DNA from: Methanobacteriota archaeon
GTDB taxonomy: Archaea; Halobacteriota; Bog-38; Methanoflorentales; Methanoflorentaceae
DNA: 64,000 nt
Direction: 5' to 3'
Assembly (NCBI GenBank): GCA_963719035.1
Contig: CAVRAO010000006.1
Span: 32,001 to 96,000, forward strand
Under the pieces are notes generated by a model that saw only the letters and a program-made list of their open reading frames with translations, made no database searches and was not told the origin of the DNA. This document shows positions 21,091-31,622 of the stretch, piece after piece (within the stretch, counting starts at the first letter, position 1; every line of letters starts with the position of its first letter). The position numbers were made by a program, and so were the translations under genes.

Positions 21091-23353
21091 GCACGTCTGT
21101 CGAAGCCGTTCTCCGAATCCTGCAGAGTGATCCGGCATACCGCAACCACGTCGAGCATATCGAAGTGTTGCCCGCCAGAGAACCAGTTTACGGTGAGGTC
21201 AGCGACTTAGAATCAAAAGTCGAAGCGTATCTGCAGCTCAAAGCAATTCAGTTGTACCAGCACCAAAGCGATGCTCGCACGGCGTTACGTGCAGGCAAGA
21301 ACGTCGTTATCACCACCCCTACTGCGTCCGGAAAGACGCTCGCCTTCAACATTCCGATATTCGAGGAGCTCGAGCGCGACCATAGCGCGACTGCACTGTA
21401 CGTCTTTCCCACAAAAGCCCTGTCGAATGATCAATTGAAGGTGCTTGAGGAGCTCGAGCGCATCTGTGGCATTCCGGTCAATCCTCACGTTTACGACGGG
21501 GATACCCCCTCATATAAACGGCCGAAGATACGAACGACGGCAAGGATCGTGATTACTAATCCCTATGAGCTCCATCACGTCCTGCCTTGGCATTACAAGT
21601 GGCAGCGATTTCTAGCTCACCTCAAGTTCATCGTCCTTGACGAGGCCCACGTGTATCGTGGCGTGTTCGGATCAAATGTTGCGCTGCTGGTGAGGCGACT
21701 GCGTCGGCTCTGTGCTTATTACGGATCAGATCCACAGTTTGTCATTTCTACCGCCACGCTTGCAAATCCGATCGAATTCGGCGAGAGACTCACCGGGACG
21801 ACGTTCGACCTGATCACGCGAGACGGATCCCCTCGAGAACGCAAGTATTTCGTGCTGTATAACCCATACGCGCACGGCATAGGCACCCGTTCTGCTCATC
21901 GGGAGGTTGAGGATGTGTTTCTCCTTTTCATCCGAAACAAGCTACAGACGCTTTGTTTTACGCCATCCCGAAAGATGGCAGAGCTCATTGCCCTTTGGGC
22001 TCGAAACGACGTCAGAGAAATGACGCCATCTCTCGCCGAACGCATTGCTGCTTATCGAGCGGGCTACTTGCCTGCGACGCGGCGGGAGATAGAGGCGCGC
22101 TTGAAAAGCGGCAGCTTAGCCGGCATCACGTCAACGAACGCGCTTGAACTTGGCATCGATATCGGTAGCTTGGATGCCGTCATCATGGCGGGCTATCCCG
22201 GCACGATCATCTCTACGATGCAGCAAGCGGGGAGAGCGGGCCGGGGCAAGGGCGAGTCTGTCGCGACCTTGGTTGGATTTCACGACCCCCTTGATCAGTA
22301 CTTCATGAAGCATCCGCACGCGCTGTTCGGCGGGTCGCACGAACATGCCATCATCGATCTTTCGAACGAATATGTTACCACAGGACACGCTATGTGTGCG
22401 GCGGCCGAGTTGCCGCTGCGGCTCCCTCACGATGAGGCTTACTTTCCGACGCTTCTCTCAGCATCGTTAGAGGAGCTCGAGCGTCAAGGCTTAGCTAAAA
22501 ACACCGCGAGCGGATGGGTGTATCCGGCACGGGTAGAGCAACCGAGGCGGTGCCCCTAAACGGACTCTCCTCGCAAGGATTCAAGATGCTGTACGAAGGG
22601 AGACTACTCGAAACCCTCGACAGGACCCGTGCGTATCGAGAGGCCCATCAAGGGGCCGTCGTGCTTCACGATGGTGAGACCTACGTCGTCGAGCAGCTCA
22701 ATTTGAGAGCTGGCATTATTTCCGTGAACAAAAAGGACGTCGACTTCTATACAGAGCCGATTAAAACCGTTGATCTTCACATAATAGAAGCGCTCGAAAC
22801 GAGGCAAAAAGGCGCGTTGACCGTGTCATTCGGTGCTGTCGAAGTCGTCGAGCAGTACGTCGGCTACAAAACGCTTCGCTATGATCAAGTTATCGGTGCG
22901 GAAAGTCTCGACCTGCCGCCCCTCCGATTCACGACGACGGCGCTCTGGTTCAGCGTGCCTGAAGCTGCCGTCGAACGCGTCGCAGCCAAACAACTCGATA
23001 TCTCAGGTGGAATACACGGAGCAGAGCACTCTCTTATTGCGGTGATGCCGCTGCACGTGATGTGCGATCGGCGCGACATCGGAGGCTTTTCTACAATGCG
23101 CCATCCGGATACCGGCCAACCTACGATCTTTATTTATGACGGTTTCGAGGGGGGGATTGGCCTTTCTGAAAAAGCAGTCGAGCTTATTGTCGATATTGTC
23201 ACGATGACAACGGAGCTTGTCGGAAGCTGCTTGTGCGAGGTCGGATGCCCGGCGTGTATCTACTCGCCCAAGTGTGGAAATGACAACAAGCCGCTCGATA
23301 AGGAGGCTGCAATCGTTCTGTTAGAAGAGCTTGTAGCGCATATGGCGACCTAA
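21078..23353 (+). CDS. YprA/MrfA (Hrq1-like) DEAH helicase with DUF1998, frameshift near 22522
   Basis: TASGKT, DEAH, SELGID-like ALELGID and QQAGRAGR. The second ORF carries HGAEH, YDG..GG.G and C.C..GCP.C....C. One added T joins the frames. Confidence 0.9.
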
Positions 23354-23601
23354 ACTGAGTTCAAGCTTTTTAATATGAACGCGCCACGATCGTGGTCTTC
23401 GACGCTGCTTCCGTCCTCTGAGTCTAAGAGGTTAGTTGCGGATTCGGGTGAACTATATAATCCCCCTATTAAACATCTCTAGTCTTAGGTGGACAAAACG
23501 ATGCGTGCACAGCTCATAGAGATTGTGCAGACTAAAGATGCGAACAAGCCAAACGATTAATACGCTTACGAAACAGACCGGGTTACCACCTAACACCAAG
23601 G

Positions 23602-24333
23602 GTGTTTGTAATGTCGTTCGACGTCTTTCCCGCTATAGATATTAAAGATGGCCGATGTGTCCAGCTGGTCGGAGGGGCGCCTGAAAACGTCCTTGTTTCA
23701 CTTGAAGACCCCATATCTGTCGCAGAACATTGGATTAACAATGGAGCCACCAGCCTGCACGTGATCGACCTCGATGGCGCGTTTGGAAAACCCCGAAATC
23801 TGAAGCTTGTCTACAAGCTTGTAAAACTCGATGTGTTTGTCCAGGTCGGCGGCGGTGTTCGCTCCCGTGAGGACGTTGCCGACCTGCTTCAGATGGGAGT
23901 CGACCGCGTGATTCTAGGCACCGCTGCCGTCCGAGATCCGACGATCGTCCACGACCTGAGCGCTGAGTTTGGCAGCGCGTCTGTCATGGTGTCGGTCGAC
24001 GCACGGGGGGGCGAGGTCCTCATAGAGGGGTGGACGCGCAGCTCAGGCCTACGGCCTCAGGAACTGGGCATCGTGTTTCAGGATTTGGGGGCGGGTTCGC
24101 TGCTCTTCACTGACGTCGAGGTCGAAGGGACTATGGGCGGCATTCGCACCGACATCATTCAGAACCTCGTGGAGTACGTGGACGTGCCCGTTGTTGCAGC
24201 TGGCGGCGTTGGGCGTTTAGAGGACATACGATCGATCGCCTCGACCGGAGCCGCCGGCGTTGTGATCGGCTCCGCGATATATACGGGGAAGTTCACGCTC
24301 AACGATGCTTTTAAAGTAGTAAGTGACCTCTAG
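23602..24333 (+). CDS. hisA: ProFAR isomerase
   Basis: PAIDIKDGRCVQL, HVIDLDGA and QVGGGVR. Confidence 0.96.
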   Translation: MFVMSFDVFPAIDIKDGRCVQLVGGAPENVLVSLEDPISVAEHWINNGATSLHVIDLDGAFGKPRNLKLVYKLVKLDVFVQVGGGVRSREDVADLLQMGVDRVILGTAAVRDPTIVHDLSAEFGSASVMVSVDARGGEVLIEGWTRSSGLRPQELGIVFQDLGAGSLLFTDVEVEGTMGGIRTDIIQNLVEYVDVPVVAAGGVGRLEDIRSIASTGAAGVVIGSAIYTGKFTLNDAFKVVSDL

Positions 24334-24347
24334 GGTATGGGTTAACC

Positions 24348-24911
24348 ATGCGCACGGCCAACATTCAGAGGCAGACGAAAGAGACCACTATTGACCTGCA
24401 CGTCAACCTCGATGATCCGTCGGAAACAACCATTGAGACCGGCGTCCCATTCTTTACACACGTGCTCGAAGCCCTCTCCCTGCACGGCGGCATCGGAATA
24501 CGCCTCGCCGTGCACAGCGACGGCAACCCGCATCACGTCGTCGAGGACGTCGGCATCGCACTCGGGATGGCACTCAAAAACGTGATTGCAGAAACTAAAG
24601 GCATCAGACGGTTCGGGAGCGCATCCATTCCTATGGACGATTCCCTCGCCACCATTGCCGTGGACGCAGCAGGACGGAGCTACGTCGTATTCAATGCAAC
24701 AATCGCCTCGGGCGTCGACGGCATCGACGCCAGCTTGGTAAAACACTTCGTCCAATCGCTCGCGTCGCACGCGATGCTGACGATTCACGTCAACGCCTAC
24801 GGTTCAGACGACCATCACACGATCGAAGCCATATTCAAAGCGCTCGGGGTCGCACTCAACGAAGCACTGCAGCCGAGAGAGGGAATCAGAAGCACAAAGG
24901 GAGTGCTATAG
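24348..24911 (+). CDS. hisB: Imidazoleglycerol-phosphate dehydratase
   Basis: R.TKET, HHVVED, PMDD and HHTIEAIFKA. Confidence 0.96.
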   Translation: MRTANIQRQTKETTIDLHVNLDDPSETTIETGVPFFTHVLEALSLHGGIGIRLAVHSDGNPHHVVEDVGIALGMALKNVIAETKGIRRFGSASIPMDDSLATIAVDAAGRSYVVFNATIASGVDGIDASLVKHFVQSLASHAMLTIHVNAYGSDDHHTIEAIFKALGVALNEALQPREGIRSTKGVL

Positions 24912-25025
24912 CCATTTCGGTTGCCCAACGCTAATACGTGTTTACTTTAAACGATCATCTTGTCTCGCGAGGCTGTGGAGTCCTCCCGATGATGTGGCGT
25001 CTTTTCTAACGAACCCGTTTAAGCA

Positions 25026-25253
25026 TCAGTCTCTTTCTCGCCTCAGTTTAGTGCAATAAACATACCACTCTTTCCAATCCTCTCGTGCGTCCCAGAAAGG
25101 GCATTCAAAGACGGAAGACGTCCATTGCTTAAGACGCGCGCAGTAATAGTAGTCCGTCGCCGAGGCCCTGAACTTAGCCTGATTGCAGCAAAGCGAGCAC
25201 CGTCGTAGCGGAATCTTGCCTATGTCAAACAGCTGCCAATCAATGTCGCCCAT
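25026..25253 (-). CDS. Small Cys/aromatic-rich hypothetical protein
   Basis: 75 aa with GGAGGG just upstream of the ATG; CSLCC, YYYC and ECPFW. Confidence 0.6.
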   Translation of the reverse strand: MGDIDWQLFDIGKIPLRRCSLCCNQAKFRASATDYYYCARLKQWTSSVFECPFWDAREDWKEWYVYCTKLRRERD

Positions 25254-25664
25254 TTATCCCTCCGGAGTGACAGAATAAAGCGTTTGCATAATGGACGCGT
25301 TTAAGGCGTAAACTCCTCACACCCAATCCTACAGCTCATTATCAACGAATAGCGGTATAGCTTTTACGCTGTCTTTGAAAAAGCGTGTCGTAGTGCACAG
25401 TTGAGTCCGAACGGACTTAAGACGCTCCAAAGGCATAACTGAAACCCTGCCCGCTAAGGTGCGCATTTGCGCTTATAAGTCTGGATTGACTCCTCGGCTG
25501 GCAGTTATCGCACAGAGCAATGGCACTTTCATGCGGCGCATTATAGATTTATTGCCCTCTGCCTATCGTCGCGGTAATTCATTCTATTAGGGGTTGCAGA
25601 CTATCTAAGCCTTGTTAGGCTAGGAAGCCACGAAGATGCTTAAGCGTAACAGGCAATTGTTGCT

Positions 25665-25750
25665 TAAGTGTAGTAATTTTTAAAAATTGTCTAATATTGG
25701 CTAAATATCAAATATTAGCTAAAAATAGATAAGTTTAAGGCTTTAAACAA
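25665..25750 (+). promoter_or_regulatory. AT-rich promoter/operator region
   Basis: Direct repeat AATATTRGCTAAA twice, inverted CTAATATT/AATATTAG, and TTTAAG/TTTAAA boxes. Confidence 0.45.
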
Positions 25751-25791
25751 CTATTGGTTAGGATTACACTAACTGTTAGGAAGGTGAATGA

Positions 25792-26597
25792 ATGAATAAT
25801 CCAAAAACACTGATGGTTGTCGCTCTAATTGGAGTCTTGATCCTATCAGTCGCTGGTTCTGGTTGCGTTTGGCCGAGTCCGCCTGACGATATGAGACAGT
25901 CTACGACCCTGACGGCGACGTGGAAAGGCTCTACGCCCACCTCTGCGCCGACATCAGGTGGCTTGACGGTATCCGGTAAACTCACTAACACTTCAAGTGG
26001 GGAACCGCTAATAAAGGTAGTCGAACTGTGGTATCTGACCAACCAGACTTCTCGGTCCCTGCCGGCGTCGTGAAGAGCATTCAAACAAATGCTGACGGAA
26101 CCTATCAATTCACGCTAAGTAGCGCTGAAGACACGCACAAGTCATACGGGACTGGTTTTCCCGGCGAGGGCGCCGCAAGCGATACGAGTGGCTGGAAGCA
26201 GAGTGGCTGGAATGTAGCAGCGGGTTACCACGGACTCGTGTATACGTTCGACTATGGCAAGGACCAGATTAAACAACTCAGCTCAGTGTTTGTTTCGGGT
26301 ACGTCAACTGCAACCATAACCGTGCTAAGCGCCGCCGAACTTCAACTGAAGTACGGTCGCTACAGCGATGCCGCCAACACTCTCGCGACGAAACTCTTGC
26401 CGCGCTTTGCTAAAGTTGCGAATCCGCCGACTACGGGTACGAGCTACTGGATCAAAGACGCTACGGTGCAGCCGCAAGCATATAACTGGATAGCAGATCA
26501 AACTAACGCTTGCAGAGTCTTGAGTAGCCAGATTACAGAAAGCAGTTCAAGTGGCCTAAACACTGTCTATACTGGTCCGGTAATCCCACATCAGTAG
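25792..26597 (+). CDS. Secreted/lipoprotein-like protein with an Ig-like domain, frameshift near 26030
   Basis: Signal peptide ending SGC, LTVSGKLT and TNADGTYQF. One added G joins ORFs 25792-26073 and 26028-26597. Confidence 0.65.
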
Positions 26598-26620
26598 CAA
26601 GCTATCGCGCAACTATTAAG

Positions 26621-26720
26621 AGAGGACCGCATGCGCAGCGGCTTTGAGGGAGAGAAGCCTTAGTTCTGGCTTACTCTCAGGTAACGGAGCGTTACGCCTC
26701 CTCTTTTTTTCTTTTTTTTT
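26621..26720 (+). terminator. Structured 3' region followed by a long oligo-T tract
   Basis: Several hairpins, then T7-C-T9 at 26704-26720. Confidence 0.6.
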
Positions 26721-27121
26721 GCACGAAAGCGCTCTAGCCGTGTCAGCAAGCGGGCATAAGCAGTCGGTGCGTTTCGTCGTGTGATGTGTAAAGAGCGTTT
26801 GACTGCGCAGATGCATGATCGCGCTTCTGCCCAGCAAGCAGCGCCTTTTGCTGAAAGCCGCGAACGCTTCAAGGCGCTTCTATATCCGCGAGGGTCGTGC
26901 TCGCGATCAGGCTCAAAACCATGCACGTGAACCTGCAGAACGACCGAGAACGAGGCGGACCGCGTTAGCCTTTAGAGGCTACGTGTGAAGATCATTCCAC
27001 ACGAAATCAGCGCACTGTGCAGCTCCTCGATGCACATCGTACAACGGTTTAAGCACGTTAGACCTACGTCGATGCGTTCAGTGTCCATCTGCATTCACGA
27101 GCATAGACCTGGCCTATTCTG

Positions 27122-28021
27122 ATGCAAAGGCATAAATTAACTGAAAACGTAGTTCCGCCCATGCAGCAGGCCTTAATCGAAAAGCTAGAAGCTTTCGGCT
27201 TGAGCGCGAAAGAGGCCCATCTCTACGTCTTATTGCTGAAGTACGGCCCGAAAACTACGGGCGAGCTTGCCAAGCTGCTCCACAGCTATCGCGTCGACAT
27301 CTATCGTCTTGTGGAAACGCTCACGGAAAAAGGAATGGTTGAAGAGTCGGTCGAAAAGCCGACAAAATACGCGGCAGTTGCCGTCGAAGCGGCGCTCACA
27401 GGGGCGATGATGCAGCACGCGTATGAGCTCCGTTGGATGGAAGACAATCGCGATCAAGTGCGAGAGCTCGCACAAGAGTACTTGTCAAGCGAGGCCCTTG
27501 CAGACGACCTTTACACGTTTAAAGTGATCAAAGGGCGTTCGAATACGCTTGCTATTATGGAGCAGCTCATCACCACGGCTGAGGCAAGCATTATATTCAT
27601 TTCATCACTCAACGGCATCTCAATACTGTCCACGAGCGGGATTCTCGAACATTGCATCAGCGCGGTAGAAAGGGGCGTTCGCGTGAGGTTCGTTACGGAA
27701 ATTCTGCCACGAAACGTTAGTTCGGCGCGTGAGGCGCTTGCAGGAGGAATCGAGGTGCGCCACTACGACAACTACGCAGGACTGCGGTACCTCGTTGCTG
27801 ATACGCGCGAAAGCCTGACGACCATAACGTTTGACGCGCTCCGCCACGGAAAGGACGCATTTGACACGGCTTTCGAGACTAATAGCCCCGAATTTGCACA
27901 ATATCTCGAGGCAAGCTTTGAGCTCCTGTGGAACGATGGGGTCGAGGCCGCGCAACGCGTTGACGCTGTTTTAGCAGACATTGACGGAGCACGCATAAAA
28001 GCGGCCAAAAACAGCCCCTAA
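27122..28021 (+). CDS. TrmB-family transcriptional regulator
   Basis: FGLSAKEAHLY..LL winged HTH, L.EKGMVE...KPTKY and a C-terminal effector domain (RGVRVRF). Confidence 0.9.
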   Translation: MQRHKLTENVVPPMQQALIEKLEAFGLSAKEAHLYVLLLKYGPKTTGELAKLLHSYRVDIYRLVETLTEKGMVEESVEKPTKYAAVAVEAALTGAMMQHAYELRWMEDNRDQVRELAQEYLSSEALADDLYTFKVIKGRSNTLAIMEQLITTAEASIIFISSLNGISILSTSGILEHCISAVERGVRVRFVTEILPRNVSSAREALAGGIEVRHYDNYAGLRYLVADTRESLTTITFDALRHGKDAFDTAFETNSPEFAQYLEASFELLWNDGVEAAQRVDAVLADIDGARIKAAKNSP

Positions 28022-28120
28022 TCGCGTACCCCTCCTTAAAGTCAAGTTCGAAGCGTTTTTATAGCTATACGTTTTATCGTACGTTTCGGGCCTAGTTATC
28101 GTTTTTATGGGGGATGTCCT

Positions 28121-29389
28121 ATGAAGAGAGCGCGATTACGTACGTGTATACCTATCCTAATAGTCGCCGCACTTATCGCTGCTTTTATTGCTGCACCGAT
28201 CGCGGCGACGACTATGGTTACTGTTGACAAGAAAACGGCGAACGCCGGAGCCGCAATCTACATACAGTCTGATCTCGGAAAGGCTGGAAACACAGCAAAG
28301 ATCGAGTTTTTCTATGACGCTAATAACAATGGCATCGATGACGACGGCGGCGCATGGACGTCTATCGCGCAAGTGACGGGGGGCGGCTCGAATAGCCTCA
28401 TTCAGGGAACGAGCAGCCAGATCGCGTACCGCTGGGTCCCCGCGTCCGATCTTAACCCAGGCCACTACTTAATTCGAGTCACAGATGCGGATAATTCCAC
28501 ACCGAAGGTCGCCGGCGTCGATCTCACCAGCCCTGCGAGGCCCCAGATTTCGTTCTTGGTTGATGGGAGCGCCGCCACTCGCGTCAGCCCCGCTGGATTC
28601 GTGCAGGTGCAGGCAGACGTGAGCAACAACTGCGCGCTTTGTCACAGCGGCGACCCGTCGACGTGGACTGCCTCAAGCGCTGGTTTTGATGCACAGAAGA
28701 TGAAGGCGCACGTGAAGGCAGACTTGAGCGGATTGACCGGGAGCGCAAACGATACGGCAGTACCGGCCCAGATGACGGTCGGTCACGGCATTGTGGGGTG
28801 GAACGTGCAAATATCGCCCTATCTCAAGGAGGGGGCAAACGTCCAAGCCTACATCCAGGTGATCGAGGCCAATTTGACCATTTCGAGCCACAACGCTACA
28901 ACCAGTGACAACGCTACGGCCAACAGGACTGCAAACGCGACAAACATTTTAAACGAAACAGCGTCCACAAGCAACTCGACGCTCACCATAACGGCTATTT
29001 CGGCACCGGCCTACGATAACAGTACGGTTGCAGTAAACGTTACGGTCAAGAACAGAGGTACCACCCCCGCAAGCGCCACATTCCTCGTCTTCCAAGACGT
29101 ACCTGCGGAGATAAGCGTCGATAACGGAGGCGCTTTTGACATCGCCTCAAATTCAAACGCAGCGTTCTCCGTCAAGATCATCGCTGCTAGCAGCGCTTCT
29201 GGCAACTACGACCTCCAGTTCCGTGCGACAAGCGGTAACTTGACGAGCGAGAACCGGACGATTCCCATTCAGATCGGTAACCCAACCGTCTCAGCGGCCA
29301 AGGGCTGGAACCCGCTTCCAGGCTTCGAGGCCGGATTCGTCGTTGTTGGACTTGTAATCGCGGCATATGTCGTAAGCAGACGGCGCTAG
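28121..29389 (+). CDS. Secreted PGF-CTERM surface protein with one CxxCH motif (putative monoheme cytochrome c)
   Basis: Signal peptide, CALCH, many N-x-S/T sequons and C-terminal LPGFEAG-TM-RRR. Confidence 0.75.
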   Translation: MKRARLRTCIPILIVAALIAAFIAAPIAATTMVTVDKKTANAGAAIYIQSDLGKAGNTAKIEFFYDANNNGIDDDGGAWTSIAQVTGGGSNSLIQGTSSQIAYRWVPASDLNPGHYLIRVTDADNSTPKVAGVDLTSPARPQISFLVDGSAATRVSPAGFVQVQADVSNNCALCHSGDPSTWTASSAGFDAQKMKAHVKADLSGLTGSANDTAVPAQMTVGHGIVGWNVQISPYLKEGANVQAYIQVIEANLTISSHNATTSDNATANRTANATNILNETASTSNSTLTITAISAPAYDNSTVAVNVTVKNRGTTPASATFLVFQDVPAEISVDNGGAFDIASNSNAAFSVKIIAASSASGNYDLQFRATSGNLTSENRTIPIQIGNPTVSAAKGWNPLPGFEAGFVVVGLVIAAYVVSRRR

Positions 29390-29447
29390 ACCACCGTAAA
29401 TCACGTGAAGCGTACGTTTATATACAGCCGGACAGTACCTTACATAT

Positions 29448-29883
29448 ATGCAGGCCGGCCAAGTCTATGACGACGTCGAGGCCGTTATTATGGCGGCTGA
29501 AGAGCATCCTGAGTATCGAGAGCATATCATAGACGGGTTCATCGACCAGGTCCTGCGTCGCCGAAAGCGACGATTTTCCATGTGGCGCACCACAGCGCTG
29601 CTCCTTGTTTTAGGCGGCCTGGGGACTGCTGTTCATCGACCGGCTCATTTCGTTTCCGCTCAGTCTCTTCGCCCTGGTATTCTTATGGATCGTGATTGTC
29701 GCGGCTTGGGTAGGCAGCCAAATGATAGCGGTTGTTGAACATCACGCTATCCGGTTTGCGCTGATGTGGCTTTTAACGCGGACGGCTTTGCAGCGAGGCA
29801 TGCCGAAAACCGTCTTCAACTTAATCACCACCTTCCTTGCAAAAGCGGGCCTGAAAAGACTCATCAGTCTGCGTGTATTTTGA
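29448..29883 (+). CDS. Small membrane protein, frameshift at GGGG 29621-29624
   Basis: Removing one G gives GGLG-LLFIDRLISFPLSLFALVFLWIVIVAAW. TATA box TTTATATA about 25 nt upstream. Confidence 0.55.
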
Positions 29884-30026
29884 TGCGTAGTCACTAACAA
29901 AAACAACCGGTCTAGCTCAGACTAGGAAAAGTTCGCGCGACTTCGTAGATCTTTGACAACGCCGATGAGACGAATTGCTGTTCTATGATCGGGGCCTTGG
30001 TGTGTGGGCTACATGCGAGCACGAGG

Positions 30027-30821
30027 TTAAAGCCTCATTGCCTCGTCCACGTCGTACCCCTCGTGCACAACGCGCGCAATTTTCCTGACTAAGCCGGTTG
30101 GATCCTGAGCCTGGAATATATTCCTGCCTATGGCGACGCCGCGTCCTCCAGCGTCAATCGAGTCTCTGACCATCTGTAGCAGCTCGTGCTCAGTGTCCAT
30201 TTGCGGGCCACCTGCTACCACAACGGGCACAGGACATCCCCCTACCACCTCTTTAAAGGTGTCGACCTCGCCTGTATAGTTCGTCTTGATGATGTCCGCA
30301 CCAAGTTCAGCGCCCACTCGAGCAGCGAGTTTCACGTGCTCAACGTCGTGTTCGTCCTTGACTTTGTCGCCGCGCGGATACATCATCGCGAGCAGCGGCA
30401 TTCCCCAATAGTCGCAGCGCTCTGAAATCTGCCCGAGAGTTGCCAGCATTTCAGATTCATTCTGGGCGCCGACGTTCACGTGAACGCTGACCGCGTCCGC
30501 GCCAAATTTGATGGCTTCCTCAACGGTCTTCACAAGCACTTTGCGGTTCGGATCAGGGGCAAGAGACGTACTTGCTGAAAGATGAATAATGAGCCCGACG
30601 TCACGACCGTAGCCTCTGTGACCGTATTTTGCCAAGCCGATATGTCCGAGTACGGCGTTAGCCCCTCCCTCTGCAACCTTGTTTACTGCGATGCGAAGAT
30701 CCTCTAATCCTCTGATGGGCCCCACGCTCACGCCGTGATCCATCGGCACGATGATGGTATTGCTCGTGGTACGACTAAATATTCGCTCAAGCCGAACTGA
30801 CTTCCCGATATACATGTGCAA
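30027..30821 (-). CDS. Class I aldolase, ADH synthase/DhnA family (paralog of 44128-44925)
   Basis: [29 protein letters not shown] and GRNIFQ. Confidence 0.92.
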   Translation of the reverse strand: MHMYIGKSVRLERIFSRTTSNTIIVPMDHGVSVGPIRGLEDLRIAVNKVAEGGANAVLGHIGLAKYGHRGYGRDVGLIIHLSASTSLAPDPNRKVLVKTVEEAIKFGADAVSVHVNVGAQNESEMLATLGQISERCDYWGMPLLAMMYPRGDKVKDEHDVEHVKLAARVGAELGADIIKTNYTGEVDTFKEVVGGCPVPVVVAGGPQMDTEHELLQMVRDSIDAGGRGVAIGRNIFQAQDPTGLVRKIARVVHEGYDVDEAMRL

Positions 30822-30920
30822 AGACTATAGCGGAGAGATAATTAATATTGTGCACGTCCTTTCACCTCACGTAATACTCTCGTGGCAGCCTATTAAAGAC
30901 CACAACCGGAGCAAAAGACC

Positions 30921-31430
30921 ATGGACGCGATAGAAGCGATTGAAACGCGCAGAAGCGTGCGACGATATGAAAACAAACAGATTGACGATGAGAGCGTGAA
31001 GCGACTCCTCTCGGCAGCGATGAATGCACCATCGGCAGCGAACGAACAGCCGTGGGAGTTCATCGTCATAAAAGACCGCGAGATGCTCGACGCTATTCCG
31101 ACCTACAGCCCATTTGCGAGGATGGTAACGCATGCACCCCTTGGTATTCTGATCTGCGGCGATACGCGGAACGTGATCGCCCCTGGATTTTGGGTGCAAG
31201 ACTGTGCTGCCGCCACACAGAACCTGCTCATAGCCGCTCACGCGCTAGGATTGGGCGCGGTGTGGACCGGGGTGTACCCGATGGAGCGACAGGTCGCTGG
31301 GTTTACTAAGCAATGCCAGCTCCCCGAGGGCGTCGTGCCGCTTGCATTTGTGGTGGTGGGTTATCCGGCTGAGACGCCGCCGAAACAAAACAGGTTCGAC
31401 CCGGACCGGATTCATGCAAACGTGTGGTGA
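30921..31430 (+). CDS. Nitroreductase family protein
   Basis: RRSVR.Y, APSAANEQPW and LGAVW.G. Confidence 0.93.
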   Translation: MDAIEAIETRRSVRRYENKQIDDESVKRLLSAAMNAPSAANEQPWEFIVIKDREMLDAIPTYSPFARMVTHAPLGILICGDTRNVIAPGFWVQDCAAATQNLLIAAHALGLGAVWTGVYPMERQVAGFTKQCQLPEGVVPLAFVVVGYPAETPPKQNRFDPDRIHANVW

Positions 31431-31622
31431 CCTAACCGACGCTCTAATTTGCCGTCGGCCCAGCAGAACGTGAGCTTGTCGATTAACAAAAGCCGCATAT
31501 AAAAAAACAAGCAACGCTGCTAGAGCACTTTATCCTTACTGAAACGCTTAAGTACGGTTATATCTTAACATATATCTAAAGACTAATCAAACAGCGATAA
31601 TCTGTTTCGCTGCGGAGTTTTC

